Positions 23,401-37,915 of a stretch of 64,000 nucleotides of DNA are shown piece after piece. The notes beneath the pieces are model-generated. The model made no database searches. It saw nothing but the letters and a program-made list of their open reading frames with translations, and was not told where the DNA came from. Each line of letters begins with the position of its first letter. Positions within the stretch are counted from its first letter, which is position 1. The stretch covers positions 33,294,001 to 33,358,000 of the forward strand of contig OX597817.1 of NCBI GenBank assembly GCA_951406725.2. The letters are read 5' to 3'. The translations under genes and the position numbers were made by a program. Origin of the DNA: Octopus vulgaris. Its lineage: Eukaryota.

Positions 23401-24959
23401 CCTGATGCATCATGTAATGATATACATGGATGTGCATGCACACACACGTGTGTGTTTGTGTGGGGGGAAGTAGGTGGATGCATGTGTGCATCTGTATGAA
23501 TGTTTGCATTTGTTACTGAACTGAGCTATGAACATGATGCTTATTTATGTTTTCCTGTCAAGAGATTGTAGTAACCCTGCACATTTGAAGACTTGAAAAG
23601 AAGTTTTAACAACAGGAAGGGTATCCAGCTGTAAAATAATGCTCCAGTTATAAGTGATTACTCATCGTATGCTAAGCAGGGGAAAAACATAAGAAACAAA
23701 TCTGCTATCAAAAATGCTACCAAAGATTATTTCTCTCCTCTAGTTTTACTCAACCATAATATTTATTCATCACCAAAAACTTTCAAAGTATGGAAAAAGA
23801 ATGCTAATTAATTAGGGTAGAAAATGAGCAATAATCTATGATAAATGTGTTGTGGTTTATTTAAATTGTCAGTCAAATTACATACACGCATGCTGCTTAT
23901 TAGTAACAATCCTTTTATTCTTTTATGTGAAGCATAACTACTATTTAAATGCTCCTGCCAGATAAAATAAAACCTATTTTTAGATTGTCATTCTTTCTAA
24001 AACTTCCACCCACAAAACATATTTCTGTGTTCTCAGGTCACAGTATTGAGGTTTAGTGTCTTGGCCACTACTAGGCCCTGTTTCAACCAAACAAAACAGA
24101 AATGAATTATATAACCCCTCCCATCATTGTAGTTAAAATTATTTCAAATATTTTACTTTCAAATTTGAAATATCAGGCTTTATAGAATCCCCACCACTAC
24201 CTTTTCTTCGTTATTATCGTCTGTTCTTTACCTAAATCCTTTCTCTCATCACTTGTACTGTCTTACACTTCCTAAGCCCTGTGCTTAAGAACTTTAGAGT
24301 CATTCTCCTCCAGATTTAGCTGCTGTTTCCTTCAGGTTGAGTAACTGCATAGAGATTCCTTCATCTTGCCAAAATCACAGTATTTCCTCCATTGGTTGCA
24401 AGTTGTGCATTTAGTGAAAATAATATTTACTGAACATGAGTTTTGGTTGCACAGCTTACAGTATATCTCCTTAAGTCAATATCAGTATATTACTGGCACT
24501 TAATAATCTCTAAAGTTGATTCTGACATTTAAAAAATTCAGAACTATGAGGTACAAAACTAAATATATCACATTTAGTTTCTTTCTTAATAACAATATGC
24601 AACAATTCCCCCTAGTTTGATGCCATTTGATTTGTCAACACCGGAATTAATTTGATGTTGGCAACAATACAAATTTTTACCTTCCAGTTCTTTTCAAGTG
24701 TTATTATTTTTTGATTAGACTTTTATTTCTTAGATTAAATAATTAACACTTTGTTATTATCAGAAATTTTTACATCTGTCTTTTCGCTAAATTAGTTTGG
24801 ATGGGATAGGCTTATAAATGTGAATTTTTTTCTTTTAATGCCATAATCTAAAGAGTTATCCACTGGTTGGCAACCTAGCTTGAATGCTTGTTACAAAGTG
24901 CGCTCTGCTAAAGTCACTTGAAGGCCCAGGTAGTAGTTTCAAACCAGGTTGTGGATTAA

Positions 24960-25168
24960 CCCTTTCGTTACTGTATTTATTTTGAGATGCTCTGTATTTC
25001 TCTCAATTACTTTAAATATAACAAAGAATTTAGTAAAATAACTTAGTTATCATTGAGTTAGTGTTAGTAACTAAGGTTTGGTGGAAGATTTTAATTCAAA
25101 ACTTATGAAAACAAGACATTTGTACTACAGAGCCAGAGCTGGTTTCAGCTGGGTTGGTAACGAAAGGG
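24960..25168. mobile_element. piggyBac-type MITE
   Basis: TTAA TSDs (24956-24959, 25169-25172) and perfect TIR CCCTTTCGTTAC / GTAACGAAAGGG. Confidence 0.9.
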
Positions 25169-27156
25169 TTAAGTCTATCATACACAAGGTTCGCTCACAA
25201 GAAATTGGATGACCCAGAATTATGGCTGACACTTACCCACAGTATCCTATAGTGAGATTGAGCCTAAAATCATATCTGGGTTCAACAGTTGCCTTTTGTT
25301 TTATTGAATACCATTCTTATTCAACCATGAAAGGAGTGGTACTTGTGGCTTGGCTGTTTTTTTTCTTTTGTATTCCCCAGGTTAGTTTTGTACTAATTTT
25401 AGATTTTTCTACACAGGAATAAGTGCCTGGTAAAAAGCAGGTCAATGTTAAATTTGAGCTGTTTTGAGTTAGGAGGAGGTGTGGAAATATGTGTGAAGGG
25501 AATTCCTAAAGAAAAAAAAAAAAATGAGCACCACTGGTTCAATGATAGTTGATTTGGTAGGAGAGGTGTGAGGAGTTAAATGGGTGTATTGAATATATGT
25601 AAGCATAAAAGAGTGCCGTAGAGAGACAATCTATTGTACTAGAGGATAGGAAAGACAGGGGATTGTATGCCTTTCTATAATGAATGTACTAAAGTTTGAT
25701 TTCCTGATGACATTGTCAATTTCCCAGCATTTTAATTGCAAGTACAAACCCTGAATTGCCGAAATATAAGAAATTTAACAACAAATACCTTACAAACTAC
25801 AGAATTTTCTCAAGAACGCCAAGAGAAAAAGATGTTTTATGTGACACATTCTACAAGTATAGGAAGTTTAAAAGTGTTTAGTTACAAAGAAATTATTTTT
25901 AAAATCTGCCGGTCAAAATGAAAAGATCTCAAATCCTCACAGTGGGTTTCAAACCAGTGAGAGAGCCTGCTAGAAATGACAATGAAATCTCCCTCAAATC
26001 ACATCCTTCTGTCTTAAAAGCTAGGAAGATGCTACATCTAAAAAGCAATTTTAAAGACTCCATAGAGCTTCCTCCTTTCATTAATTGCTGTATTCCTAGG
26101 AATGTATACATCTGCATAGATACTAAGAGCAACATGAAGCCATACATGCACAACATTTGTCAGTATAATATATCACCATCTTCATCATATCTATTTTAAA
26201 ATGATTTTCTGTAACTTCAAGTAATGCAATTTATTCTGTGATGTTACAATCAATGATAAGCACTTCAGCTGACAGCTCGTTGCATACGTATTTATTTCCT
26301 GACATTAGAAGACAACTATAAAATGTCTTTATTTACTTCCAGCTTTCCTAACATGTCATCATGACAGTGAATTTGTATCACCGTGTAAGAATGTTTGTCT
26401 TATTAAAATTATCTACCACGTGGGTTGAATCTCAGGATATGATTATCTTTGAAGATTATTTCTGAAGATATGAAACTCTGGGGATTATTAAATATATCAC
26501 CACTGGATGATAAAAACGAAAGTAGCTGCTCATCAGCCTATTTATATTATAGCTGGTATTTCCTTATATACATAAGTTACAAAATGAGAACTGAAAGAGC
26601 AATAGAAAAGTTCAAGGATCTTGTCATGTTTAATTACTGTCAGATAATTAAGTTTTATTATCAATATATTACTATTGTTATTAATATTGTTGTTGTTCTT
26701 ATTATTACTAATTATAGTTCATATAATTCCCCATAAGATATGCACCAAAGTGTGATTAGTTTAATGTTGCATGGACTGCTGCACACTACAGCAGACAGAT
26801 GATAATCAAATAATTAAAACTAAGAACCAAGCTGATCAAAACAATGACTCTGATCTGAGGCTCAGTAACTTCACATTTTTTTCTTTCTTTTTTTCCTTTT
26901 TCCACAAATTTCTATACACACTGAAATTCAGTACAACAACCTGATAAAATTTTCATTGTTTCATTGTTTTAATGTCCAATTTTCTATGCTCACAAGGGTT
27001 GGAGAGGAATTTATTGAGGAAGATTTTTTTCAATGGCTGGTTCCCTTTCTGCCACTAACCTTTACTTGTTTTCCAAGTAAAGTAATATTTACCCATAGCT
27101 AGACATATTTTTGTGGAAGATTGGAAATGGACACCACTTTATAATAATAATACTCA

Positions 27157-28005
27157 AGAGTGTAAGTGCCTTGAGAGAAAAGTTGGACTTAAGAAGCATC
27201 AGATGTGATGTGCAAGAGAGACGACTGTGCTGGTATGGTCATGTGGTGAGAATGGATGAGGATAGCTGTGTGAAAAAGTGTCACACCTAAGTGGTTGAGG
27301 GAACCTGTGGTAGAGGTAGACCCAGGAAGACCTGGGATGAAATGGTGAAGCATGACCTTCGAACATTAGGCCTCACCAAGGCAATGACTAGTGACCAAGA
27401 CCTTTGGAAATATGCTGTGCTTGAGATGACTTGGCAAGCCAAGTGAGACCATAGTCCATGGTCTATGCCAGTGGTATAACCAGCCCACTTATGTGTACCT
27501 TTCCTTTATTGGACTCTAAACCCTGCTTGCGAAGACCTGTTGAGGCACGTGAAATCAAAATCAAATTCAATGACAGCACTGCATGACTGGCATCCGTGCT
27601 AGTGGAGCGCTAAGAGCACCATCCGAGCGTGATCGTTGCCAGGGTCGCTGACTGGCTCCCGTGCCAGTGGCACATAAAAAGCACCATTCGTGCATGATCG
27701 TTACCAGTGTTGCCTTACTGGCACATAAAAAAACATTCGAGCAAGGTCGTTGCCAGTGCCGCTGGCACATAAAAAACACCATTTGAATGTGACTGTTGCC
27801 AGTACTGCCTGACTTGCCCTCGTGCCGGTGGCATGTAAAAGCACCCACTACACTCTCGGAGTGGTTGGCGTTAGGAAGGACATCCAGCTGTAGAAACTCT
27901 ACCAGATCAGATTGGAGCCTGGTGCAGCCATCTGGCTCGCCAGTCCTCAGTCAAATCGTGCAACCCATGCCAGCATGGAAAGCGAATGTTAAATGATGAT
28001 GATGA
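27157..28005 (+). mobile_element. 5'-truncated RTE LINE (ORF C-terminus, 3' UTR, (GAT)n tail)
   Basis: LREKLDLRSIRCDVQERRLCWYGHVVRMDEDSCVKKC...EGTCGRGRPRKTWDEMVKHDL...DLWK is the classic RTE C-terminus. It links the many tail fragments in this window to an RTE. Confidence 0.92.
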
Positions 28006-30169
28006 ATATTGAAATGATTGCGTATGGTGCCCAGGTGCACTACAACTCATCAAAGGTGCATGTATAGTACATAGAATTATGTACAAATGTCAGGAAAGTG
28101 TATGAGTCATGATATACATGTGTGCATGCATACTTTATGATAGAGACGCCCATTTATAACTCATGCAATTTCAAGATAATAAAATAGTAACACACACATG
28201 TATACACACAGAATAGTTTTCTTTGAGTTTCCATCTATTGAATCCACTCTCAAGGATTTGGTTGGCTCATGGTTATAGAAGACACTTGTCTAAGGTGCTA
28301 TGCTGTGGGACTGAACTTGTCACCATGTGGTTGGAAGGCAACAGTTTGATAGGCTAACTAACAAAGTTATTCTTTTTTTCTTGAGAAAATTGATCTTAGA
28401 GCTAGCTGGCCAATACCTTAATAATTTCACTAGCAGACTAGTTACTTTGGGATCTGAAACATTTGGTATATTTATGTTACTATGTAAATATACCAAATAC
28501 TATTTCTATATATGAGTAAGTAGCTGAAGTCTAAATGTTGCTAGTTGTAGGTTCTAAACCTGCTCATATCACTAAATTGTGACCAATGAGTAATATAAGC
28601 TATATAAATGCCTTGGTATGAACCTACTTAACAATACTGTTAAATACAAAATCATCTACATATTGTGAATAGAATTGATGTTCAGTAAATGTAGTTCTTT
28701 GTGAAACAACCTGAATATAACAATAGGAATATCTGTCTGCTCTTCTAGTGAATTTAAAGTTGGTGGTAATCTCAGAAAAGTTGATTATTTTAAAACTTTT
28801 TTGTGTTGTCTTATCAAAAGAAAGGGAGAGAGCGTTTTCAACAAATGTACATCAACAAAAGTTCATTATTTTGTTAATTACAATCGATTGATTCAAGAAT
28901 AAAACAAATAGATATTAAATTTGAATCATTATTCTAAAATCATAGTCTTAATTACTGTCTGTTTTCTATGCTGATATGGGTCAAATGGTTTGACAGGAGC
29001 TGGTAAGGCTAGGGTCCCACCAGGCCCCATTGTCTGTTCTTGTAGGGTTTCTATGACTGGATGCACTTCCTAACGCAAACCACTTTACAGAGATTACTGG
29101 GTATTTTTGATGTGGCACTAACACCAGCATCAATTCTGCTGTGGTGGACAGGTCTTCTTGAATACAGCAAGGTGGCAGATATCTTGATCCTTTGTCATCT
29201 CCTTCACAAGGCTCAGTGTCTTGAGATTGGCTATCTGTACTTCATCCCATGTTGTCTAGGATCTTCCTCTTCTATAAGTACCATTACAAAAAAAAAAAAA
29301 AAAACCCCTTGAAACATTCTTGCAGATGGTTTGGTAAATAAATACAGGTCATATTATGAAAACAAAAATGGTTCAAATGTAAATGAAACCAAACTAGTAA
29401 TCTATGGTTAAAGTTGAGATTTGAGTATTGTGAAGACATTTTCTGACACAGTTTATGTTTAAGAGAACCACACTTTAGGATAGTCTGTAACACTGCTTTG
29501 AAGGACAAGATATTGAAATAATTAACTTTCAGCTGGTTTGGTTGCTTAGTTTCAGAGCTTGAAACAATGAACGACTTAATAAAGATCAAAGCATCTTACT
29601 GCTCTGTCTCTGCAATAACAGGCTGGGTTAGTGGGTTTGATATAAATGATCTTCCTTTTAATATTGTATCCTGGTGTTTATTGATTGACACAGCATCAAA
29701 GAAAATTGACTGCTTCTAATTCATAATTTGTAAGATGTTATTGACTGTCTAAATTTCATATTTACATGATTTTTATACATTTTTTTTCCATATTGGTCTA
29801 TATAGCAATTATTAATCACATTGATTACAGGTTGTTTTAGAATACTGAACCACACAAAACAAACATCAAGACATTCAGTGATTAATCTATTTTATCATAC
29901 TGAATAGTTATGGTGAAATTGCCATGACTTCTCATTTTATGGAATCGATAGCCTAATCTATTGCTGTATAATATTAGTAGCTCAGTTCTGAACCATTTGA
30001 TTTTTATATTCTGTATGGATATATAATTAAGAATATAATAATAAACTAAATAATTGCTTTCCATTCATTAACATATCTTGGCTTAGGTACCACCCAAAAT
30101 TTTCATTTTATTTTTTTTTATTTTGGCATGGATCGACTATGTCTACTGTACAGTATTTTTTATTTTTTA

Positions 30170-30505
30170 TGTGTTTGAGTCATTGGAATATGGCCATGCT
30201 GGGGTACCATCTTAAAGGGTTTGGTTGAACAATTGAATTTTAGTGCTTATATTTTCAATGTCTGGTACTTATTCTATCAGCCCCTTTTGTCAAACTACTT
30301 AGCTACTGGGACTTAAACAAACCAACATTGGTTGTCAAGTGGTGGTGGAACACACATACACGACAGGCTTCTGTCTACCAAATTCACTCACAAGGCATTT
30401 GTTGGCTGTTGGACTATAGTAGAAGACACTTGACCAGTGTGCTGTGCAATGGTACTGAACCCCAAACCAGCTAGTTGCAGAGTGAGCTTAACCACACAGC
30501 CATAC
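30170..30505 (-). mobile_element. SINE S1, old copy
   Basis: Diverged reverse-complement match to S1. Confidence 0.75.
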
Positions 30506-30742
30506 GCATGCCTAATAAATAAGTTTTGATTCTAAGTTCCCTCATGTCTAGTCTAATTTTTTATTAACCTCTCACCTATTTTTTCCTCACCAAATATGCA
30601 TCATTATTCCTTGCAATATATAACCATCAGTCTCAACTTCCCTGCAAATTTCTGTCAATGCTTCTGATACCTGGCCACTTTCTCAATTCCCTTTTGTGCA
30701 CCAAGCTTATGTCATTATATCATATTATATACACCATACATA

Positions 30743-31160
30743 GGCGCAGGAGTGGCTGTGTGGTAGGTAGCTTGCTAACCAACCACATGGTTCCGGGTTC
30801 AGTCCCACTGCGTGACATCTTGGGCAATTGTCTTCTGCTATAGCCCCGGGCCGACCAATGCCTTGTGAGTGGATTTGGTAGACGGAAACTGAAAGAAGCC
30901 TGTCGTATATATGTATGTATATATATATATATATATATATAAGTGGGTGTGTATATCTTTGTGTTTGTCCCCCTAGCATTGCTTGACAACCGATGCTGGT
31001 GTGTTTATGTCCCCGTCACTTAGCGGTTCAGCAAAAGAGACCGATAGAATAAGTACTGGGCTTACAAAGAATAAGTCCCGGGGTCGATTTGCTCGACTAA
31101 AGGTGATGCTCCAGCATGGCCGCAGTCAAATGACTGAAACAAGTAAAAGAGTAAAAGAGT
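30743..31160 (+). mobile_element. SINE S1, full length
   Basis: Head GGCGCAGGAGTGGCTGTGTGG, tail (GTAAAAGA)2. Confidence 0.93.
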
Positions 31161-31792
31161 AGTGCCAGGGGCATGTAAAAAGCACCCAGTAAGCTATGTA
31201 AAGTGTTTGGCATTAATTAGGATGGGCTTCCAGTTATAGAATATATACCAAAGCAGACATTAGAACTTGGCACATTGACCAACCTCTGTTGAACCATCCA
31301 TTCTATGCCAGCATGGAAAACAGACATTGAATGATGATAATGATGACGTCACTCTGTAAGAGGGAATTTGAATGAAATTAATTCTGCTTAGGTTAAAATG
31401 TAATTATCTCAGCAAATAAAATGCAACTGAAATTTTAATTTTTAAGATGTAGAAACAGTATTTAAGATTGTGGAATTTTGTATAAGAATTGCAGATAGCT
31501 GAGTCATTAAAATGCTTTCCTGCTGGTTGAAATATTGGCATTTGCACTACCTCAGTTACAGACAATGTAAAGTTTGACTCCATGTAATTGCAAACAATAA
31601 AATGTTCTTTTTCCATTGTTGTTTAGCTTCAGGTATTTTAGCTATGATTATTTGTTTTTATATTTTTTTTACTGTTAGATGTACTTATCCAATGTGTACT
31701 TCTGTTTCAAGACAGTAGTGTGAGTTAAGAGAGATTTGGCTGCTATTTCTAGCAGTTGGAGTATTGACCACATAATGGTTCTATTGTTTTCT

Positions 31793-32170
31793 TTCTTTTA
31801 CTTTTACTTGTTTCAGTCATTTGACTGCAGCCATGCTGGAGCACCGTCTTTTTAGTCGAGCAAATCGACCCCGGAACTTATTCTTTGTAAGCCCAGTACT
31901 TATTCTATTGGTCTCTTTTGCCAAACCGCTAAGTGACAGGGACATAAACACACCAGCATCGGTCGTCAAGCAATGCTAGGGGGACAAACACAGACACACA
32001 TATATATACATATATACGACGGGCTTCTTTCAGTTTCCGTCCACTCACAAGGCTTATGTCGGCCCGAGGCTATAGTAGAAGAAACTGGCTCAAGGTACAA
32101 CGCTGTGGGACTGAACCCGGAACTATGTGGTTGGTAAGCAAGCTACTTACCACACAGCCACTCCTGCGCC
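31793..32170 (-). mobile_element. SINE S1, near full length
   Basis: Reverse complement of the 30743 copy with the same diagnostic variants. Confidence 0.93.
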
Positions 32171-33212
32171 TGTTGGTTTGTTTCATTTGTTTTCTTTTGG
32201 GTTATTGCTGTGGATTCAAATCCTTGCATGGATTTTCTGAAATATAGACTTATACTTTATGTATTGAAGATAGTGGTAGAGTTTGGCCATTATCAAACTG
32301 TATTCACTATGTAGTTTCAATTCTTAGTATGATATTTTTTCTTACCTTAGTTTCCAATTCCTCTCACATAAAAACTATGGACTTTATGTCTATCAAGTAC
32401 CTGCAGTAGAATTATTTCAAAGTCGCTTCCCTTCAGTTTATGACCTAGTAAGATGTGTCTAAAATCAGATAAGCTCTTGAAGGAGGAGGTGCACAGAGAA
32501 AGTATTTATTTAGTTTAAATAGTTGTGATTACCAAAATAATGCTAGCTTGTCATAGTATCATTGTAGATTTCTTTCTTGTTAGCATTAATTTTGTTGGTT
32601 ATTCAGAGAAGAGCTAAAAAATAGATATATCTTGTGTGCACTTAAGTGTAGTCAACTGTGCATCTACTTAAAAAAAATTCATGCAAATTGATTTATTGGG
32701 TCAAAATATATATATATATTACTCTGAGTGCTACAGTTTTTTTTTTTTATGTAAAGATTCAGATTTGTTGAACCAGTTCAACTATGTTAGTGTGAAAAAA
32801 AGTAATTTGTCTAAATGAATTCATATACACTCTTATATACGTGCATAGCATTATTATAAAGACAAACAAAAAAAAAACACACAAAAAAAAACGTTTAAAA
32901 TAAGAAAATATATTTTCTGTAAATTTAAATCAAATACTTGCTTTCAGGAAACTACATCTAAAATTATTTAATTGCAAAGCATTGTCTGCAAAATACTAAT
33001 GAAATGAATGCAATCCTCAAGAGTGAAATATTTCATGCATAATAATGTAAGTTAATTTAACATCAGCAAAATACAATATCATTAGCCTACATTATAACTG
33101 TGAAAGAAATACCAAAAAGAATATAGAATATTGAAAAATTTTAGAATAACAATAACATTCCATAAGTGTTAAATGCGACTGCAATGAATTACCAATAGTT
33201 ATATTGACGTTC

Positions 33213-33500
33213 TCATCATCCTCATCATCATCGTTTAACGTCCGCTCTCCATGCTAGCATGGGTTGGATGGTTCAACTGGGGTCTGGGAAGCCCGAAGGC
33301 TGCACCAGGCCAGTCAGATCTGGCAGTGTTTCTACAGCTGGATGCCCTTCCTAATGCCAACCACTCCGTGAGTGTAGTGGGTGCTTTTTATGTGCCACCG
33401 ACACAGGTGCCAGACAAGGCTGGCGAACAGCCACGCTCGGATGGTGTTTTTTATGTGCCACCGACACAGGTGCCAGACGAGGCTGGCGAACGGCCACGGG
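33213..33500 (-). mobile_element. RTE LINE tail fragment
   Basis: (CAT)n start and two near-identical internal units (33380-33500). Confidence 0.85.
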
Positions 33501-35749
33501 ATAGAATATTTTGAAAGCCCATTATTAAAATAGGGTACAATAACGTTTCATTCTTTATTTCCCCCCCTATAATCTCAGCTAATATAAGGGGTCATTATAT
33601 CAACACCAGTTTATGTGTTTAACTCTTATTGTTTTTCTTTATATGAGCCAACAAAGAAACCTGTATGTGGGTCACTCAACCAGTTAGATGTAACAGCTGA
33701 ATTTTCCTCACATCATATACTGCAAAAATGGCAGTATATAAAATATACAGGTAAAACGGAATAATGTAGTTAGTCTTAGATTTAGACTCTTAAAAAAAGA
33801 AATGACAGGATGACCACAGCTTGAATGATTTTAATCATAAGCCTGACCAATCAGGGCTAACTTTTGATTAAACAACTCCTCTCTTTTTTAATATATACCC
33901 ATATATGTTAAATAAATGACTGTTCTTTGAACAATGGTTATAAAATTTTTTGATTACTGTTATTTTGCCTGTCGTCCCTTCTGGAGATGCTAATATAATT
34001 ATTGGTTACATTACTGAAAGTGTGTGTGTGTGTGTGTGTGCATATACATGTAAAGGTCTTTGACAATACTTTTCCTTTTTTTTTTTTTCAAAATGAAGAC
34101 TATATTGCCAATCTAAGACTAAATATTAATTTCTGATATTAGCACAAAGAACGTGAACTATGTACATAATTTAACAAACTAAGGGTTTTAGACTAATAAA
34201 TTGAATAGTACAGATCAAAATATTTATGCCGCCTAATCATATCACTTTACCTTCATCATTATAATCATTTTACATCCATTTTCCATGTTGGTATGGGCTG
34301 CATTATTTGACAGAATCTGGTGAGCTGCAGGGATGCATCATGATTCAAGTCAGTTTTGGTATGGTTTCTATGACTAGATACCAAATTCTGAGTTCAAATC
34401 CTTCTAGAGTCAAATTCAATTTTCATTCATCTGGAGTTTATTAAATATCAAATTAGTTTAAAACAATGAATGTAGAGAGAATCAAACTGTTAACGAGAGG
34501 AATTTATGCTGTGAAGAGAAACCAATACCTGTCATTTATTCACAATGCTTTGACTTTTTTGGTAATTACAAGCTTATTAGATTTTAGAGAAGCATAGGTT
34601 TCACTTATTAAAATAGTAATCATAATTCAAGAAACTAATTAGTGGTATTTAGTGTGGTTTTTCATCACTTCTGAGCTGCCACTGTCTTCTGTTAATTGTT
34701 AATTTCAAAATTGTTTTTTCTTCCTTTTTGAAAATATTGTGTCAGTTCGCATAATTACGCTCAAGTGAAGTAAAGAAAGGAAAAAGTTCTTTGAATGTTG
34801 GGGATTGGGTTGTCGTTTTGATGTTCCTTCAATGAGGAGATATTGGAGAAAGCCTGGAAATTAATTTGGCTTCGAGTAATAAATCTTAAGGTTTTACGCT
34901 AACGGAACATTGAAAGTACTATAAAGCATTGATTATGTCTATTATTTCCAATTGTTTGAGTCAGCATTTATGCAGTCAGGATGATTTACTATTATTGAAT
35001 TCAAATATTACATTGGGTTAGCAATGTGTCTTGCATTGGGCACAGCTGTGACTGTGTTCTACCCCCATCCTACCACCATCATAACAGACACTGTATACTA
35101 CTTTAGACCGCTGAATAATTGTTTCTAACATAGGCACAAGGCTATAAATGTTGGGGCCAATTGTTGTACGGTCAGAGGAAATAGGTCAATGCCCAAAGAT
35201 TATGTATTTCCTGATCAAATGTGTCTTGCATTCCAGTTTATTTAAATTAATGGTACTGTGTACATTTATGTATAAACATGTACTTTTAGTTTATCAATGG
35301 AAAACTTATATAGTTTAAAGTTGAACTTGGCTAATCAATTGCTTAATTGCTTGGTGTATGCGCATATGTGTACATCAAAATTAAAGATTTGTAAATACAT
35401 GAATGTCTATAAGTATGAATGTACACTTGTAGTATATTTAGCAAATGAATCATTGATTTTCCAAGTTCAGCTCTAAAGTGCATAATTTTTTTTCATTGAT
35501 GTATTAGAAGTACTCTCTATTGTATAACATCATTTTGATGCCCACTCTTCTGACTTAAAGTTGATTGAGGCACATTTCTTACAGCCAGTTGCCCATCCTA
35601 ATGCCAACTCTATGGCTAGACATCGTTTTTTTTTTGTTTTGTTTTTTTTTTTGCTGAAGATTGGAAATGAATGGCACTATTTGTATAACAGTGACAGTCA
35701 TTTACAAATATCACACAATATCAAGACAACAACAAACCTACACACATAC

Positions 35750-36120
35750 ACATGACAGGCTTCTTTCAGTTTTTGGTCTACTAAAACCTACTTGCAAGGC
35801 ATTGATCGACCTGGGTTTGTAACAGAAGACATGTACCTGACGTACCATGCAGTGGGACTGAACCATTGGAAAGTAAGCTTCTTAACCACACAGCCATTCT
35901 TGCACCTATGTTTATCCTCTCTCTCTCTCTTTCGGAGAGGCACTGAACAGCTATACGCACACATACACACACGGCAGTAACTTCCACCTACCGAATTCAA
36001 TCTCAAAGCTCTGGTCGGCTCAGGGCTATAGCGGAAGACACCTACCCAAAGTGCCACGCAGTGGGACTGAACCCGAAACCATGTAGCTCAGAAGCAAGCT
36101 CCCTAACGACACAGCCATAC
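35750..36120 (-). mobile_element. Two tandem S1 SINE 5' halves
   Basis: Two successive reverse S1 heads (GCAGTGGGACTGAACC...CACACAGCCA). Confidence 0.75.
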
Positions 36121-37517
36121 CCATTTGAATTTATCTAATTTTTGTGTCAAGTTGGAAACAATTTAGAATATGACAGAAGAAATATGCACCTCTGGATAAC
36201 CATCTTCATTAAAGAGCTGAACAGATAAGGAACTCTTACAGTGTATGGGGCAGCTGAACATTCTTAAGACATTCAGTGGATAACATGGTAGTTGGATTTG
36301 GAAGAAGAAATATTTTTCATATCTGTGAACTTTTACAGAACTTTTACAGAGCTTTTAAGGGTGTTGAGAAGGAGGAAGGTATCCTCAAATTAGAAGCTTG
36401 GCATGAATGCTTGAACATAATGAATTCTGCTGAAGGCACTCAAGATGTTAGCAGTGATGTTAACCTGGACGATAGATTAATAAGACTACATAGAAGAAAA
36501 GAAATAGCAAAGAATGAACAGTCTCTAATAGCTGGATGGAACACATGATATCAGGTGTGTAGGAGGGAAGTAAGTAGAGTAGAAATTTTGTTCTGTGCAC
36601 TGTATGATAGGTTTTGAATTACAAAATAGTGTCAGAATGATGAGGATACGATTGAAGAAATATATATTTGAAATGATAAGAACACACTTATGATCATTGG
36701 CAATTTAGTAAAAAAAAAAAAAAATGCATGGAAGCATAATTAAAATACAGCTGAAGTTTGAGCCTGAATGGGACAAGAGAGGCCTGGCTTCATTAGTTGG
36801 GCATATTCTAGACAAAAAAAATAACCAAAGATAGTAAAGCAATTAAGGATATGGAAACAAGGAAAGGTACTGAGATGTTAATAAAATCTGTATTATGCTA
36901 CCTGATTGTGTAGGTGCCACATCATGCTGGTGCCATGTTAAAAGCACCCAGCACACACTGTAAAGTGATTGGCATTAGGAAGGGTATCCAGCCATTGAAA
37001 CCAAACCAAATCAGACTAGAACCTGGTGCAGCTCTGGTCAAACCTTCCAACCCATGCTAGGGTGGAAAACAGACATTAAAGGATGATGATGATGATACAG
37101 TTTTTCTTCTTTAGATAGGTGCTACCTGTCTCCTCCCCACTAATATCTTGTTAAAGAAGCAACATCAATAACTGTTATAAAGATAAAGGAAATACATTAG
37201 AAGGTGGGTGGGGAAGTTATATAGTTTTTAAGATAATTAGTCCAGTTATGAAGCTGGGGTACATCATTACGAGGTAGAATTAGATTCAATAAGATTTTGA
37301 GATTGTACTGGGGAATTCCATTACTTCCATGTGTACCTAGATTGCCCCAGCCATCAAAATTGCTGGCTCCTTATTGTCTATGCCCAATTATTAACATCAG
37401 TTCTGCACTCACTATCACTGGACAATAATTCTCCACTTTAGAAACAAAAGTTACACACACACACACACACACCAGATATAATATCTGCATGAATTCATAT
37501 ATGAATATATACATATA

Positions 37518-37915
37518 GGCGCAGGAGTGGCTGTGTGGTAAGTAGCTTGCTAACCAATCACATGGTTCCGGGTTCAGTCCCACTGCGTGGCATCTTGGGC
37601 AAGTGTCTTCTGCTATAGCCCCGGGCCGACCAATGCCTTGTGAGTGGATTTGGTAGACGGAAACTGAAAGAAGCCTGTCGTATATATGTGTATGTGTGTG
37701 TGTTTGTGTGTCTGTGTTTGTCCCCCTAGCATTGCTTGACAACCGATGCTGGTGTGTTTACGTCCCCGTCACTTAGCGGTTCAGCAAAAGAGACCGATAG
37801 AATAATTACTGGGCTTACAAAAAATAAGTCCCAGGGTCGATTTGCTCGACTAAAGGCGGTGCTCCAGCATGGCCGCAGTCAAATGACTGAAACAAGTAAA
37901 AAAAAGAAAAAGAGA
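37518..37915 (+). mobile_element. SINE S1, full length
   Basis: Very close to the 30743 copy. Confidence 0.93.

Noticed and set aside
36130-36900. Purine-rich, LINE-like degenerate coding remnant
   Set aside because: No diagnostic motif was recoverable, so it cannot be classified.
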